Source: Camelus dromedarius (Eukaryota). From it: a DNA stretch of 64,000 nt. The notes under the pieces were generated by a model. That model was given only the letters and a program-made list of their open reading frames with translations, did not search any database and was not told the origin of the DNA. The stretch lies in assembly GCF_036321535.1 (NCBI RefSeq), contig NC_087436.1, positions 66,032,001 to 66,096,000 of the forward strand, given 5' to 3'. Position 1 is the stretch's first letter. Each line of letters begins with the position of its first letter. Of the stretch, positions 39,215 to 53,418 are shown piece after piece. Position numbers and translations under genes: made by a program.

Positions 39215-42055
39215 CTAATAATTAGAAGCTATAACTTAATAAAAATCTATTACTGTTAGGTTTTAATCTCAAAGTGTAATAAAAGTGTTATAATTGTCTG
39301 GTTTGCTTGAAGAACTTCTTTCGCTTGGATTATAACATTAAGGCATAGAATCTTTGGTGCAATGTCATTTTCCCTTTAGTCTAAATGTTGTACCATGGAT
39401 AGCAAAGAAAGTGTAAGATCATGAGAAACAGAACAACAGAAAAGGAAACTGTTTAAGAAAATGATTTGGTCTTAAGAAGACCCTCAAAGCCTTTTTAAAG
39501 TTGTTCTGTTGGTGCCACTAGGAATCTGTGAAAAAAGTAATAACCATTACTTCAATTAAATTTTCACTTAGTTGAAGAAGTACAGTCTTACTATATTTCT
39601 TATGCCAAATTACAAAATAGTACATAAAACAACAGTACCCTTCTCTCAGAAAACAAACTCAATCATTTCTTGGGATCATTTCCCTTTATTCTAGATCCCT
39701 AGTTTTGAAACTGTATTTGTAATATCAGAAGGTCCTTGAAAGAGAGTTTACCTTGTGCTTGCCTGGGCAACACAATTCAAACATTTTAAACACATTTCAA
39801 ACTCACTCTTCTCAAATCAATTATCTTCCCTTCCCATTGAAAAGAATCAAGAGAAACATGTCAAAATATCAAAGTTCTCATAACTGCATGCATGTTTTTC
39901 AGTTTATTTAAATCTTATGTTTAAATTGCAATTATGTTTACTTGATGCCAGAAATGGACATTTAATTTGTTAATCAGTAAAAATAATCAATTTTCCAATT
40001 TGGTATTATTCTGGTTATGCATGAAATTAACAAAATATTTTCTTTACTTCTGTTGAAATGATTCTGCACTATGAAATAATGAACAATGCAACCACTTTTT
40101 GTAAGTTTAATCACAATATGACTGTACATTCAGTTGTACTAGAGGCATATTTGAGTAAAAATAAGTTATGTTTTATACCGACTGAATATTTTGTGTTTTT
40201 CAGTATTCTCAGTTTTTCAGAATTTCGTATCTTACTCTTTAAATTTTAATCATTTACAACTTCAGAGTCTAAACTTTTTAGTTCACCCCTTGGTTTCAAC
40301 CAGTATTTCTGAAACTGCTCTATTTTTACACATATTTTTCAATAAATAAGGAGATAAATGTATGTAAAATGGTGAATGAAATATTCTTATTTCTTCTGAA
40401 TTGAATGCCTGAACTATAATTCATTAATATATCAGTTTTCATTATAACAATCAGATAAATAACAGCATGAGGATTAGATGCAAATAAAAATCTAGATAAT
40501 TCAAATAAATGTGACATTTTAATATTGTCATCTTTAGTAGAAGTAACTATGATTTAGTCAATTATCATTCAAATATTATTACATGATTTTTGTAATTCTG
40601 ATGATATATTATTTAAATGAGAGATCTAATTAGAGCTATAATGAATGAATGCACTGGCTTAAAGAATTGTCAAAATCCTTATACAGGAAGAGAAGAAAAC
40701 AATATTGCACAGCCTGGATTGAAAACAGGAAAAAGTCAGAGCTGCATGGTATTTTTCCTTTTAGTATATACCTGAAAAAATTCCTGTTACCTGAAGAAAA
40801 ATAACAGTTTGACAGAGTTCTTAGCAATACATGACCCTTGATTTACATTGGCTCTTCCCCAGTATATATCTGGGTTGTGTTAAACAGTGAAATAAAGAAC
40901 ATTTCTGGTTTTGTTTCATAATCCTTATGCTGGAAGGAGCAGCAATTTATTGCTCCTTTAATTTCTGGAATATGAGGAGGTGTAAAAGGTCCAGGAAGAA
41001 GGGGTGAGCATACTATGATGGGGATGCAGGAGCTCCAGAGATCATATGTCAACAAAGCGAAAGCCCACAGGAGACTACTTCTTGCCATACCAAGTGATGC
41101 CAGAATTATTAGTTCTGCAACTGCTTTTTCTTTCCTCCCAGCTTTCATGGGTTACTCGAGCCATGTTTTTATGTTCTGGATTCTTCATGTGAAAATCATG
41201 AATCTGTTTTTCTGTCTCTCTATTCTAGGGCACACACATCAAGCTCTTCTAAAAACTTTCTTTCATCTGCTACCTCACTGCATTTGGGTATGCCTGTTGG
41301 CTTCTCTAGCTTTCTAGTAATCCAAGAGGGAAAAGCGATAGCAAATGCCTGTTCATCTAGACAAGAAAATTCTCTAAGAGCAGATAGCATTGAGCCATCC
41401 TCATCTGAACCAATGAAGGGAAGCAAAAACTCAGGCCAACAAAATATAGAACTTCCCTTTGAATTTCCAGATTTTTCTTTATATGGGCTGGTTCTGGTAG
41501 TGAAGTGAGAGTTAAAGATTTTCAATTTGGTCACTTTATGATAAGCATTGGAGCTCTGAACTGCAGTTTCTTAGCACTCTCTTTGGGCTAAAGAGGAGCT
41601 AATTGCCTATATTCCCTAATTGTGTGGCTTTATCTAAAATTCTGAGATAAGAAAAAAAATGTTTATCTCCGTGTTGAATACACTTGATCTCTCACAGGAC
41701 TGGAAATTAAGTCTACAAGTACTTTCTGAATCAGGTATTTCCTCTGAGGTTCTACTTGCATGGTATATCTGGGGTTCTGTTTTGTTTTGTTTTTTTTTTC
41801 TTACTTGATTGTATGTTTTGTTTTCCTTTAGGTGTAAAAGCCATGAGAGACATATCTGGTTGATTTGTTTGTTTGCTCTCCAAATTAACAATGGCTGAGT
41901 TATTTAATCCTCTGCCTTCTCATTTGCAATATAAAGATGGCATTTATGCTAAAGTGTTAGTATGAGAGGAATAGAAATAATCTAGGTGTAGTTTCTGCTA
42001 ATAGTAAAAATTTCCACAAGACAAGGCTGCTTAATGGGATTTACTTTGTCATAGT

Positions 42056-42082
42056 CACACACACACACACACACACACACAC
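42056..42082. repeat. (AC)n microsatellite
   Basis: Direct reading. Confidence 0.9.
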
Positions 42083-44239
42083 CCACCCATCATCTGGCAT
42101 AGTACCTTCTACAGGCTAGGTAATCAAAGTCTGGCAAAGACATGAATGAATAAGTGATTATGTTATGTTTTACTAGAGAAATAACATTATCATATTATCA
42201 CCCATTACATATTTAGGAATTCAGTGTAATAGCCTGCATTAGAGTACATTTACAAAACAATATTAAAGAGAAAAAAGGAGTTTCATTGGAAGAAAGTATC
42301 TGAATCAGTTATTGCCAAAACATAAAATAGGTATACTTCTGGTAATTCTGTGTACCCCAGACTACACAGTGGAGTGTCTTGAACACACAAGAGCATGAGG
42401 TGAAACAGAATTAAAAGTTTAGAATAAATTAAGAGTGAATAAAAAGTGCAAACTAACAACATTCCTTTTGATTTGTTTTTCCTTTGTATAAACAAGCAAT
42501 TGGCAGATATTGTTATTGATATATATTCTACCACTGAGGAGGGGAAAGCACTAGAAAATCAAATGCTTTTCCGTTATAAAATGATAAAAGGGGACATTTT
42601 AAGACAGAATACAGCACTCTTGTGACTCAGCCCTTTGTAATTTGGTGCTTTATCCAGCACAGCTTTTATTTGAGGTTCTTAAAATTCACCAGTCTTTCAG
42701 CTAACACTGAAGTCATTCAAATCTATTAAGAACACACGTATATCAAAAGCAGCAACAATTTCTGTGCTACATCCAGCATTCCAATGATTATTTAATTTAA
42801 TATTAAAGTTGCTCAGAAGACTGAATTGTTTAAGAAGGTTGGAGATAGAAGAATTAGCGATAGCTTTACTTTCATGGCATTTTCTTTTCAATTCAATTCG
42901 ACCAAACCAGAAAATGAATGTGTGTTAAGGCAAATTCATCAGATTATCTAACCTACAAAAACTAACAGGCAGTAACTACTACTTCTGGAGTAATGTGTTG
43001 ATACCAGTATGGGATAACTCTCTTTTTTCCTATCTCTAGGTTTTATTTAAATTGAATTTTATTCTTGTGGATCAATAAAAATTTAAGTACAAAAGCATTT
43101 TTAAAATTATGGTGCTTGCAGTTTTGACTGAGATGTTTTTATTCTACTGTCTGGTTACCTAGGAAACAACCATGTGATGGTGTTCGACTCCTATTATCTA
43201 AGTCCTACTTGATTGTCTTATATTTGTTTTATATTATTTGTAATACAGTTAGCTATTTCTAGTTTGCTCCAACATTCATATCAAAAATGATTTAATTTTG
43301 TGATGCATGCATGCTGGCTATTCATAAGTATCTTACAGTTTCCATGTATTTAGTTTCTTTTTATACAGCCCTACTGCCTATTGATTTGCATCAAAGTAGA
43401 GTTTATTATGCAGAGGTATGGTTTATTATGTTGCTGATGCATCATATTTAAACAGCTAGGAAAATTAACTGCAGTGCATGCTCAGCAGCTAATTTTCAAA
43501 CTCAGAGCTTTTGGGTATATGCTGGTCACTCATATATTTAAAAGGCAAGAAGATTTAGCCAGTTTATAGCTGACCTTTTCATGCTATTTTGTGAATGTTT
43601 TTATGATGCCATTAAACTAGTTTGTAAATAGTAGATTTAATACTGAAACTCTGTTGACTGTTCCTTTAGGGAAGAGAAAATACATTACTGAGTGGGGACC
43701 TGAGATTAACAAAATGCTACACAGGTATGGCCAACTTGCATACATCCACAGAATAAGGAGAAAGTAGACAGCTTAAACATATGTGACTATTTAAAGATAC
43801 ATACACTCTTTGATTTGATATGCATGTCTCTGAAATTTAGAAATATATAATTCTTCAAGCATAATATATAAATCTCTCTCTAAAATCTCTCTCAAATTTT
43901 CCTGTCTTTCCAGTGCTGTTCAGTATCTTTACCACACCTATTTTTAAAATGAGATTAGTTAATTAACTAACAAAGGAGAGAACACAGGCCCAGCCTGATG
44001 CAAAGAGCAACTGCATGTCACACTTACTGACTTTTATAATCCATGTAACAAGTTGGTTATTTCTATGTTATGGTAAGATTTACTTATGCAGCTGCATCTA
44101 CAAGAAAATGCTAGCTGACAGTGAATTACAAAATGCCCTGCAAAATATTGAATCAATATTAATTGCCTAAGTATCCCTGATGTGTAAGTTGCCACCTCTT
44201 CATTTTCCTTAATGGTAATACCAGTTTATATTCTCATTA

Positions 44240-45685
44240 AGATACGTAAGTGCTCCATTTTCGCCACATCCTTGCCAGCATTTGTTATCTCTTGTCTTTT
44301 TGATAATAACCATTCTGGCAGGTGTGAGGTGATACCTCATTGTGGTTTTCATTTGCATTTCCCTGGTGACTTGTGATGTTGAGAATCTTTTCATTAACTG
44401 TTGAACATCTGTACGTCTTCTTTAGAAAAATATCTATTCAGGTACTTTGTCTATTTTTCAGTTGGGTTATTTGTTTGTTACTTTGTTTTTGCTATTGAAT
44501 TGTATGTGTACCTTGTATATTTTTTATATTAACCCCTTGTGAGGCAGATAGCTTGCAAAAATGTTTGCCCATTCTATAGGTTGCATTTTCATTTTGTTGA
44601 TGATTTCCTTTGCTGTAAAGAAGCTTTTTAGTTTGATATATCCCACTTTTTAATCTTTGCTTTTGTTGCCTTTGCTTTTAGTGCCAAATCCAAAAAGATC
44701 ATTGCCAAGTCTGATGTCAAGGAGCTTATCTCTATGTTTTCCTCTAGGAGTTTTATGTTTTCATGTCTTACATTTAAGAATTTAATCCACTTTTGAGTTG
44801 ATTTGGGGGTATAGTGTAAGATAGGGATCCAGTTTCTTTTTTCTTTTTCTTTTTTTGCTTGTGGCTGTCCAATTTTTCCAACACCATTTATTGAAAAGTT
44901 TATCCTTTTCCCAATGTATATTCCTGGTTGTTTTGTCATAAATTGACCATATATATTCAGATTTATTTCTGGGCTTTCTATTCTGTTCCATTGATCTGTG
45001 TGTCTGTATTTAGTCCAAATCCATACTGTTTTGACTACTATAGCTCTGTAATATATTTTGAAGTCAGGAAGTGAGGTACCCCTGGCTTTGTTTTTCTTTC
45101 TCAAGAATTTTTTTACCTACTGAGTCTTTCGTGTTCCATGCAAAATTTAAAATTTCTTTTCTATTTCTGTGAAAATGCCCTTGGAATTTTAATAGGAGTT
45201 ACATTGAATCTATAGATGACTTTGGGCTGGTATGGGTATGTTAACAATATCAATTCTTCCAATCCATGAACACAAGATATCTTTCCACTTATTTTTGTCT
45301 TCTTCAGTTTCTTTTATAAATGTTTTATAATTTTCAGTGTGCTGATCTTTCACTTTTTTGGTTAAATGTGCTCCTAAGTATATTATTCTTTTTGATTATA
45401 TTATAAATGGGATTATTTTCTTAATTTCTCTTTCCAGTAGTTTGTTGTTAGCATATAGAATTGTAACACACTTTGTATATTGATTTTGTATCTTGCAATT
45501 TTACTGGATTCATTGATCAACAGTTTTTTTAGTTGAGTCTTCAGGATTTTCTGTACATAAGATTATATCATCTACAGCAGAGACAGTTTTACTTCTCCTT
45601 TCCAATTTGGATATCTTTGATTTTTTGACTTCTTTTTCTTGCCTTATTACTCTGACTAGGACTCCAGTACTATGTTGAATGAATT
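44240..45685 (-). mobile_element. L1 ORF2 fragment (RT to C-terminal Cys-rich domain), disrupted
   Basis: VDDIILCTENPEDSTKK (FADD motif region), LPDFKIYYRAIVVKTVW...DQWNRIESPEIN, KDKLFNKWCWKNW and [26 protein letters not shown]. Confidence 0.92.
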
Positions 45686-45689
45686 TGTT

Positions 45690-48620
45690 ATAAGGTGTTT
45701 GTAAATAAACTTTAATAACAATAGTTTGCCTATGAAAATTTAAAATGTAATTCTCTTTCATTCATTAAAATGATAAAATATTTTGGACTTTTGATATTCA
45801 CTTAATAAGAGATTATAAAAGATTCTTTTCTTTACCCATTAAGCAGTCTACCTAGAAAGCAAGGATTTTGTGTCTTATCCAAATTAATTTCCTGTTTTTG
45901 TTTTGTTTTTATCATGTCTTTGATTACTTGAGAGAACTGAGTCTTCACTATTGACAGAACTAAGGGTTTAAACCATACAGGAACTAACATGTTTTACAAC
46001 TGTGAAACTTTGTGTTTGCATTTGATATCTTAGTCAGTTTGGTTGAATATATAACCAAGATCATATTTAATCAAATATTTAAACTTTGGTTATATATTTT
46101 TACATACTTTCCATAATCCAATTCTAAATGAAAACTTTTTGACTTCAAACTGATTTGGGGATTTTCAAGAGGAACCCTGGGGCATGTCAAAAGATATCTT
46201 CTCTCTCTTTATAAAACAGAGGCATTAAACTGATTAGGCTTATTTGATATATATTAGGTTAAATGGAAAACTTTAAAATAAGAAAGGATGCTAAACTTTC
46301 TTTAGGTTATAGTTGAATGTATTTATATTATTAATGTAAGTATTTCAGAAATTATTAAAAAAGTCTAGGAATCTGATGTGTCCTGGCATAATGTTACCAC
46401 TCATAATTCTAGTTATGTCTTAAAATCTATGTCACAGAAATAATGCTATTTCCTTGTCAATTGTGTTGTAATGAACTCTCATTAGACCTTCAATCATGGC
46501 AGCTTTTAAGTCTCTTGATATTTATAGAAAGTTATTGTTTTATCTGATACTTTTCCAAAAGTGCTTTCTCTTCAAAGAGATTCATGAAAACAGCTGACAA
46601 GTACAGGTTTCTGGTAAGTTTAAGATTATAGCAATGAACTAGGTAATAATTTTCTGAACTCTAATGGAGAAACTTTGGATTCATCAAACTGCTAACCCAA
46701 GAGCAAGTATTAATGAATAATTAATTACACGGGACTGAATGAACTAATGAGGTTGATTATAATTTTTATGACATTGTTTAAAGCATTGCTAGTTCTTCAG
46801 TGTTTTATTTTCCAGATTTAAAGAAGCCTTTTTCTCCTTTTATCTATAGTTTATAGCAATTTGGCAAAATAAACTTTTGTACACAAAAATAGAATATTTA
46901 TTTGTTTCTCTTTACCTCATCCCTCTATAACTCAGAAACTGTTATTGAGTATTTTTATTTTTCATAACAATACAGGCATTTGCAGAAGTTCAAAAAAAAT
47001 CTATTTTCCCTGTAACAGGATGCAGTTGGGCAAGTCCTTGACTTGGCTTCTTCACCTAAAGAGGCTTTTAAAAATCTGAGATTCCTTATTACCAGTGTTA
47101 AAAATTAGGGTGAATTTTATGGAGCTAATAAAACCCCATATATGTCACCAAAGTTTTAACTAGAATAGCACATCTGAGAATATACATAAAATCACTGTTC
47201 TTGCTGCCATTATGTAAATAATCAAACCAAGTTTAATGAGACTACACTTATTTTGCAAACAAATTACTCTTACTGTGATTATCTTTTCTAGAATTTGTGG
47301 TAATTGCACAGAGAAAAAAATATGTTTCAGTAGAAAGCTGTAACACACCCTTGTGGAGATTTCTCCTCTTGTTCATTGTGTTTTAGGGTCTGAATTCTCC
47401 CATTTTCCTCCAGTATCTGGCTACAACTCTCCAAAGTAATGTTTCTAATTTTCTTCAAAACTTCTAGCTCAGAATCACTAAGAACAAAAACTGTCCTTTT
47501 CCTGAATCCCTGCAAACTGAAACTGGAAAACTTGATGTAAACTTCAGAGAAATCACCAGAATGGCACATGTATGGACAATATTTGTGTCTGTTGCTGTGT
47601 TGGTAATTCAGAAAGTTTACCAGCACACCCAGTGACATAACCAGAGACATTCAAACTGCAAAAAAACTGTTGATGCCCAATATCAGGAGCTCAAAGTAAA
47701 AGTCTTCTCAGTTAGCTATCATGTAGACTCAGAGAGCAACTTGGATATAAATTTGGAGGTAAACTTGGTTTGTCTCAGAGATTTGTAGTCTGCCTCAACT
47801 CTTAACATTTATTTATTTGTTTATTTCCATAGAATGCCTCTTATTAAATAAGATTAAATTAAAATCTAATTTCTTGTACCAAATTGACCTAGTTTTGGGA
47901 TCTCACCTTAATACCACCTCCTGAAATGAGACATAACTGAACTGAACTGACCTATTCTCAGGACTAAGAGAATGGGTCAATGAGATGGAGCAATATAACA
48001 ACTCAACTTGTAAACTAAGAAACTTCTTCGGGAAATTTCAAAGAAGAGTGAAAGATAACAAAACACACCACTCCAAAAAGGGCCCTTTGGCATAGGATTA
48101 TATTGAGATAGTAAGATGATTTTAAACAATAGATTTGCATTAGATTACTTATTGTCTGAACAAAGAAGACTCTATGACATAGCAATTACCTACTGGATCA
48201 ACACCTCTGGTATTATAGAAACTCAAACAAGTAAGTCAATTGTTTTAAACAAGTTGATGCCTCTTCAAATATACTAATTTGGTACCAACTGGTTTGGTTC
48301 ATGGGGACCCTGGCTATGGAGCATACTTCAGTCTGTTGGTATTATCCTCCTGATAGTCATTATTGTAGTCTCTGTGGTACATTATCTTCTCTCAAGGGTC
48401 TTAAATATGTATTCACAACTATGAGCAGTTCATCAGATGATCTCATTGCACTTGGAGAAACAAACAATGAGATGAAAAGCAGAAAGTATCCTTCCATAGA
48501 TCTGTCATCATAACCTATGAATTGTGTGAGAAGATAAGAACAACCTAACCTTGATAGTAACTGAGTATGGTGCTATTGATCAGTCTTGTATGTATGAGAG
48601 GATGACCAAAAGGGGAGAAC
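45690..48620 (+). mobile_element. MER4-group ERV1 internal region (non-coding AT-rich internal sequence with env TM remnant)
   Basis: MER4-int-like motifs (gtctttgattactt..gaactgagtc, ctgacaagtacaggtttctg, catcaaactgctaacccaag), then an env remnant and PPT aaaaggggagaa at 48608-48619. Confidence 0.7.
48113..48420 (+). pseudogene. env: Gamma-type env TM remnant
   Basis: KMILNNRFALDYLLSEQRRLYDIAITYWINTSGIIETQ (ISD with the cysteine loop lost). From 48287, in another frame: NWFGSWGPWLWSILQSVGIILLIVIIVVSVVHYLLSRVLN (membrane anchor). Confidence 0.8.
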
Positions 48621-48975
48621 TAACGTATTTAAACAAGGAAGCTCATAGAATGAGGTGGTTTTAATGCCTTGTTAGACTATGTAAGCAAGCCAAAACTTAC
48701 CTAGTCGATGCACTTGTATCTGAGAAAGTGAAACTTAAAAGCAACCAATCACAAACAGCCAACTAGGCTTTCCAAATATAGCAATTGCTTATACTGCAAT
48801 CAATTAAATAATTTCTTTGCTTTACTTCCATGTCTTTTTTATTTTAAAAATCTTGCCCTTACCTCCTGTTGGTGGAGCACTCCTAATCACTTTTGTTTTG
48901 GCGCTGCCCAATTCAGCTCAATATTTGCTCAATTAAACTTTTTTAAATTGTAGTGTGCCTGTTTACCTTTTAACT
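48621..48975 (+). mobile_element. 3' LTR of the MER4-group ERV1 (MER34/MER39-like)
   Basis: Follows the PPT. Contains CCAAT (aaccaatcacaaacagccaact), ttgctcaattaaact, and ends ..ttttaac. Confidence 0.7.
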
Positions 48976-50852
48976 TTACTAAAATATATACTCAGATTGT
49001 TCTTTTTATTCTAGAATAACAAAGTAGAAAGGGTACTAAATATAGAATAAGTTCCCTTTATAGTTTTGCCTCTAAGTAATATCAGTGTTATTTAATATTT
49101 GGTAAATCTTTGAATGTGGTCATGGTTTTAAATAGTGTTAACTTTACTGCATCCTTTAACCAATGGATTTATTTATAAGTTGAAACACTCCTTATTGTGA
49201 AGCCTATATTTGTCTCAGTCTACACAGTGCTCCATTCAGTCACCACCAACTAATTAGAAATGTCTTGGGCAATGAACCTATTTGTAAGTTAGGATAAGAT
49301 TATCCCTAAATTCTCTACCATCTGTTATATTCCAGGATTCCTTAGTCTCTTTTGATACATTAGAAGCTCTTCCTTTCTTACATGGATTGCAGCTTTGAAG
49401 GGTGAAACATTAACCTTTGGCATGGATTTAGATATTTTAGGTTGAAACACTGTATGGAAACTTATCACTGTTATAACCTGTTCTGATCAGATCTCAATTC
49501 TTGGCAACATGCATGCATTTTAAAGTACTGGAGCAAAGCAATCTTGTAATTCAACAGAAACTAATTATTTGAGGTTCATATATATATATATTTTTTTCTC
49601 CTTTTCAGTATAACCGGTCTCATCCAAGTTGTATTCTGATGACTGGATTATTCAAAGAGACCATCCAATACAATAGCAGCACACTAAGCTCACCCTTCAC
49701 CTTTTAGGAGATGTTTCTATCAGAGATTCTTCCTAAGAGACTAGTCATTTCACTGTGTAAATGTATTTAAAATTATGAAAAACTTCTCTTTTTTAGAATT
49801 TTTTATTTTGAAGTAATTTTCTCATAGAGGATCAGACTTAAATGAATTATTATAGTTAGTTAAAAAAATGCAACTGAGATAATACAGGAAGGACTGGAAC
49901 AAAAATATGAACCATGAAGTTAATTAGAATTTTCCCAGCACTCCAACAAGGCACTAAACCCTAATTAGATTACACTGCTTTAGAAATATTTATAAAGTTT
50001 TCTAAATATATAACTTCTTTCAATGGTTTTAATCTTTGTTTTAGTATATTATATGCAGATTATAGGTTAGGGAGAAACTTTGACCCACTTTTAAACTGAT
50101 CTAGAGATAATTTTAAAATATGTATACCATAATAGACTTACTGGCATATATTAAAAGTATTAAATTCTCTTAAGCAGTAAAGTATAATCCCTCTGGCAGT
50201 GTATATTCCTATTGAGTAGTAAGTAATCTTAATTTAAACAGAAGATATGATCTTTGCTCAATTTTCTAATTTAAAGTGAAAGCAATTTTGGTTCCTTGCT
50301 TGGCTATCTCAATTCATTGTTTTGTTAAAAAACTAGAAATAAAATATTGACTATCAGTTTTACAGCTAATAAATTGCCATTGCTAAAAAAAAAAAATCTG
50401 TCATTATTTTAGCATTGTTTTTGAGGGGTTTCTATGGTTAAAATGACTCTACTACAGACTTACAAGAGATGGAAGTCAAACCAAAAATCTAGGGAGCATT
50501 TCCCAAGTGGAAGTTGCAGGAAGTGAATTTTGTCTCAGTGCATACAAATACCAAAGACAGGAAAACAGATAATATAGTGAAACAGATGTGACTGAATATT
50601 ACTAAATATTTCTTTTTTATAAATGGCATTTTATATATAAAGTGCGTATATCTCTTGTATTATGTTTAAAATCGTCTTTCCAAAATGAGTGTCACTTTAT
50701 TTGGGAATGACTCAGCTGTCACTTGCATAAATTCTTTTCAGAATGGTTTATAATATTTTCTCTTTATATTCTAAAGTAGATATATTTTTATGAAAATTTA
50801 AACATAACTGTTATGGATGTAATTTCATAGGTTTTACAGGTACACTCTGGTC

Positions 50853-51001
50853 TGGAAAGGTATAGCTCAGTGGTAGAGTGCGGACTTAGCATGCACAAGG
50901 TCCTGGGTTCAATCCCCAGTACCTCCACTAAAAAATAAATGAATAAGTAAACCTAATTACCTACCCTCCCGAAACAAACAAACAAACAAAAAAGTGCAAT
51001 G
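50853..51001 (+). mobile_element. tRNA-Ala-derived SINE (camelid Vic-1-like)
   Basis: A box tagctcagtgg (50863-50873), AGC loop and B box ggttcaatcc (50906-50915), then aaataa..aacctaattacct and an (AAAC)n tail. TSD caggtacactct(g/a)gtc at 50837-50852 / 51002-51017. Confidence 0.9.
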
Positions 51002-52666
51002 CAGGTACACTCTAGTCATATTCTAAACAATGATAATTTCATTACTGAAATTTCATTGCTGAAAATGTGTGAATATACATAATCTTATATGATGTTTTAA
51101 AAATCATAGACTGCATATATTTTGAAAACATGACTTGAGTTAATAATTTTCATTCACTTTTTATAGAAAATGTGGTTCCAGCTCCATCTTGTGGTTTGCA
51201 ATTTGGTTTCCAAAATGGTATATTATTATGGCAATACTCAATTTTTATTGCTTTATCTTTTAATTCATTGAATAAATATTTAATGGGTACCTGTAAATCT
51301 GTATACTAAAGAAAATTCTATACTTTTCTCTGTAAGATATTAAATATATCTTCACTTTTTTAACATCCTCACAAGATATTTACTGTTTTCACTTTCATTG
51401 TTTATACACACAGAAAAGAAAAAACAAGTACTGATCAAGTACTTACACTAATCAATATAATAAGCCTCCATGAAGTATAATCCAAAAGCCTAATTAAAAT
51501 TCCACTTAAATTTATTAAGAAATGTAAGAAGTACAAAGTCAGCAATATATTAGTTTCTTCAACAGAGTTCTGTTTTGCTTTCAAAAATCTCAATACCTGT
51601 ATCTTGATGTTCATGTCTAAGCAAATTAAACAGTATTACATTACAAAAAAAAAGCACTGTTTTTTTGTCTACTGCAGTGAAATGAGTTTAACCTAGGCCT
51701 ACTTATTTGATGGTAAAGTTAGTTATTTCCTGCCAGATTAATCTTCCAAGAATTTTCACATCAGCCAGTATTTATAAGATGCCCATTTTATTACAAAATA
51801 TAATGTAGAAATATAAATAAAACACCTTTTTATACTAATTTAATTAACACTTAAACTGATTTTAGGTCCAAAGACAAATCATAGTTTTATGACACAGGTT
51901 AGTATTCCTTATTTGAATTTTAATCTGTTTATTTGACTAATTGTACGTGATTTTCAGCATGCAAAAAATGGCTAATCAGAATCCAAGATAAATCATGCAG
52001 AGGAGAGAATTTATTATTTATACGATACTTTTGTATAGTTTAACAGTTTATTTAGATTGCCATGTAGTCATTCTGGCTATACCAATCAGAACCATTAATA
52101 AAAGATGTCAGAATAAATCCATAAACTGTGTGGTCTAGTTTGTTCCTGGAATAGCTGACAAATGGGATAAATATAAAAACAATCTAAATCTATTATCTCT
52201 AGTTTGTTCCATATACTTTGTGATATTTCTTGTGTATTGAGAATTTATCACTTATAAGTTTAAGTATGAATGAAAAGGGAAGAGCAGTTTATATCCTATC
52301 AAATAGTTGTTTTTAGATAAAGTCAGTTAACCATCTCTAAAAGTACAAGGCTTTACAGTTTAACAGAAATACATACATACAGATGCAAAAGTAAGGAAAA
52401 AATTTAATATATCAAACAGTTATCGACTTCTGGAATATTTTTCACAATATATAATGTATTAGGAAATGCCATTTAGTCCTTGATACAGAAATTGAAATCA
52501 TTTCTAGATATGATCAGAGGAAAGGCATTATGGGTCATAAAACGTTTTGATTGAATCAAATTTACATAGATTATTGATTCTCAAAATTTATAATACAATC
52601 AAGTATAATAACATAATAAACTGCATATAGGTTGTTATGATAAATAGCATTTTCTTGGCATACAGT

Positions 52667-53418
52667 TGTTTTCAAACCTAAGTTCCTGTGCCCGACACAC
52701 AGTGAGGCCAAAAGAACCAAAATGTCAGAATTTGGAGTGGAGAAAGGTTTATTAGTCAAGGAGGCACCAACCCAGAAGATGGGAAAGTAGGCTTGTCTCA
52801 AATCCATCTAGCTGATTGGCTGGGGTGTGAGGTTTTTAAAGGCTAAAAAGGGGAGGGGGGTGTCTTTGTGATTTCAGCTTTCTGGTAAGACCTTAGTTGC
52901 AGACTTCCCAGTGTCATCTTGTGACTTGATGTGTCACTGTTGATTGTGATTAATCTGTGTATTCCTGCAAAGCAAACTAGTAAATCATGGTCTTGTGATC
53001 TCTTAACTTCTTTCTAGAAGAGAATAAAAGCAGTGGTTTTGAGGCATTTTATTATTCATTTAGATCTTTTATGATGGGTCAGGAGTTTCAGTTCTTAATG
53101 GACCCTCTTGGTGTCATCAGTCTTAAGTGCACTTGAGGTCAACTGATTGAAGCCACTGGACATTATCTCCACAGTTTGGGGTCATAAGCCAAGGAATTGG
53201 TTTAAGCTAACAATCATGGAAAACATTATATTGGGCTTATTTTCCCTTTGTTTCTGCGTTCCTTCAGTCACCCATTTAGTAACTGTTTGAATCTGCTCTT
53301 TGAAAGTGGGGGAAGATCTAGGAGACTGATCCCTTTTTACAAACAAGATGCAGGCAGAGGAAATGGGTTGGGGGGTGTGCTGTCCTGGGAAGGCCCTCTA
53401 GAGTCCTGTTTGGTTACA
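52667..53418 (-). mobile_element. ERV1-type solo LTR
   Basis: TG..CA bounded (tgttttcaaacc ... tttggttaca). AATAAA on the minus strand (tttatt ~52748-52753). The start resembles recalled laurasiatherian ERV1 LTR ends. Confidence 0.75.

Noticed and set aside
44628..45104. Longest ORF (158 aa) as a host gene
   Set aside because: It is a frameshifted L1 ORF2 fragment.
50855..50927. Functional tRNA-Ala(AGC) gene
   Set aside because: It has mismatched stems, continues into a SINE body and A-rich tail with a TSD, and a second diverged copy lies at 55.9 kb.
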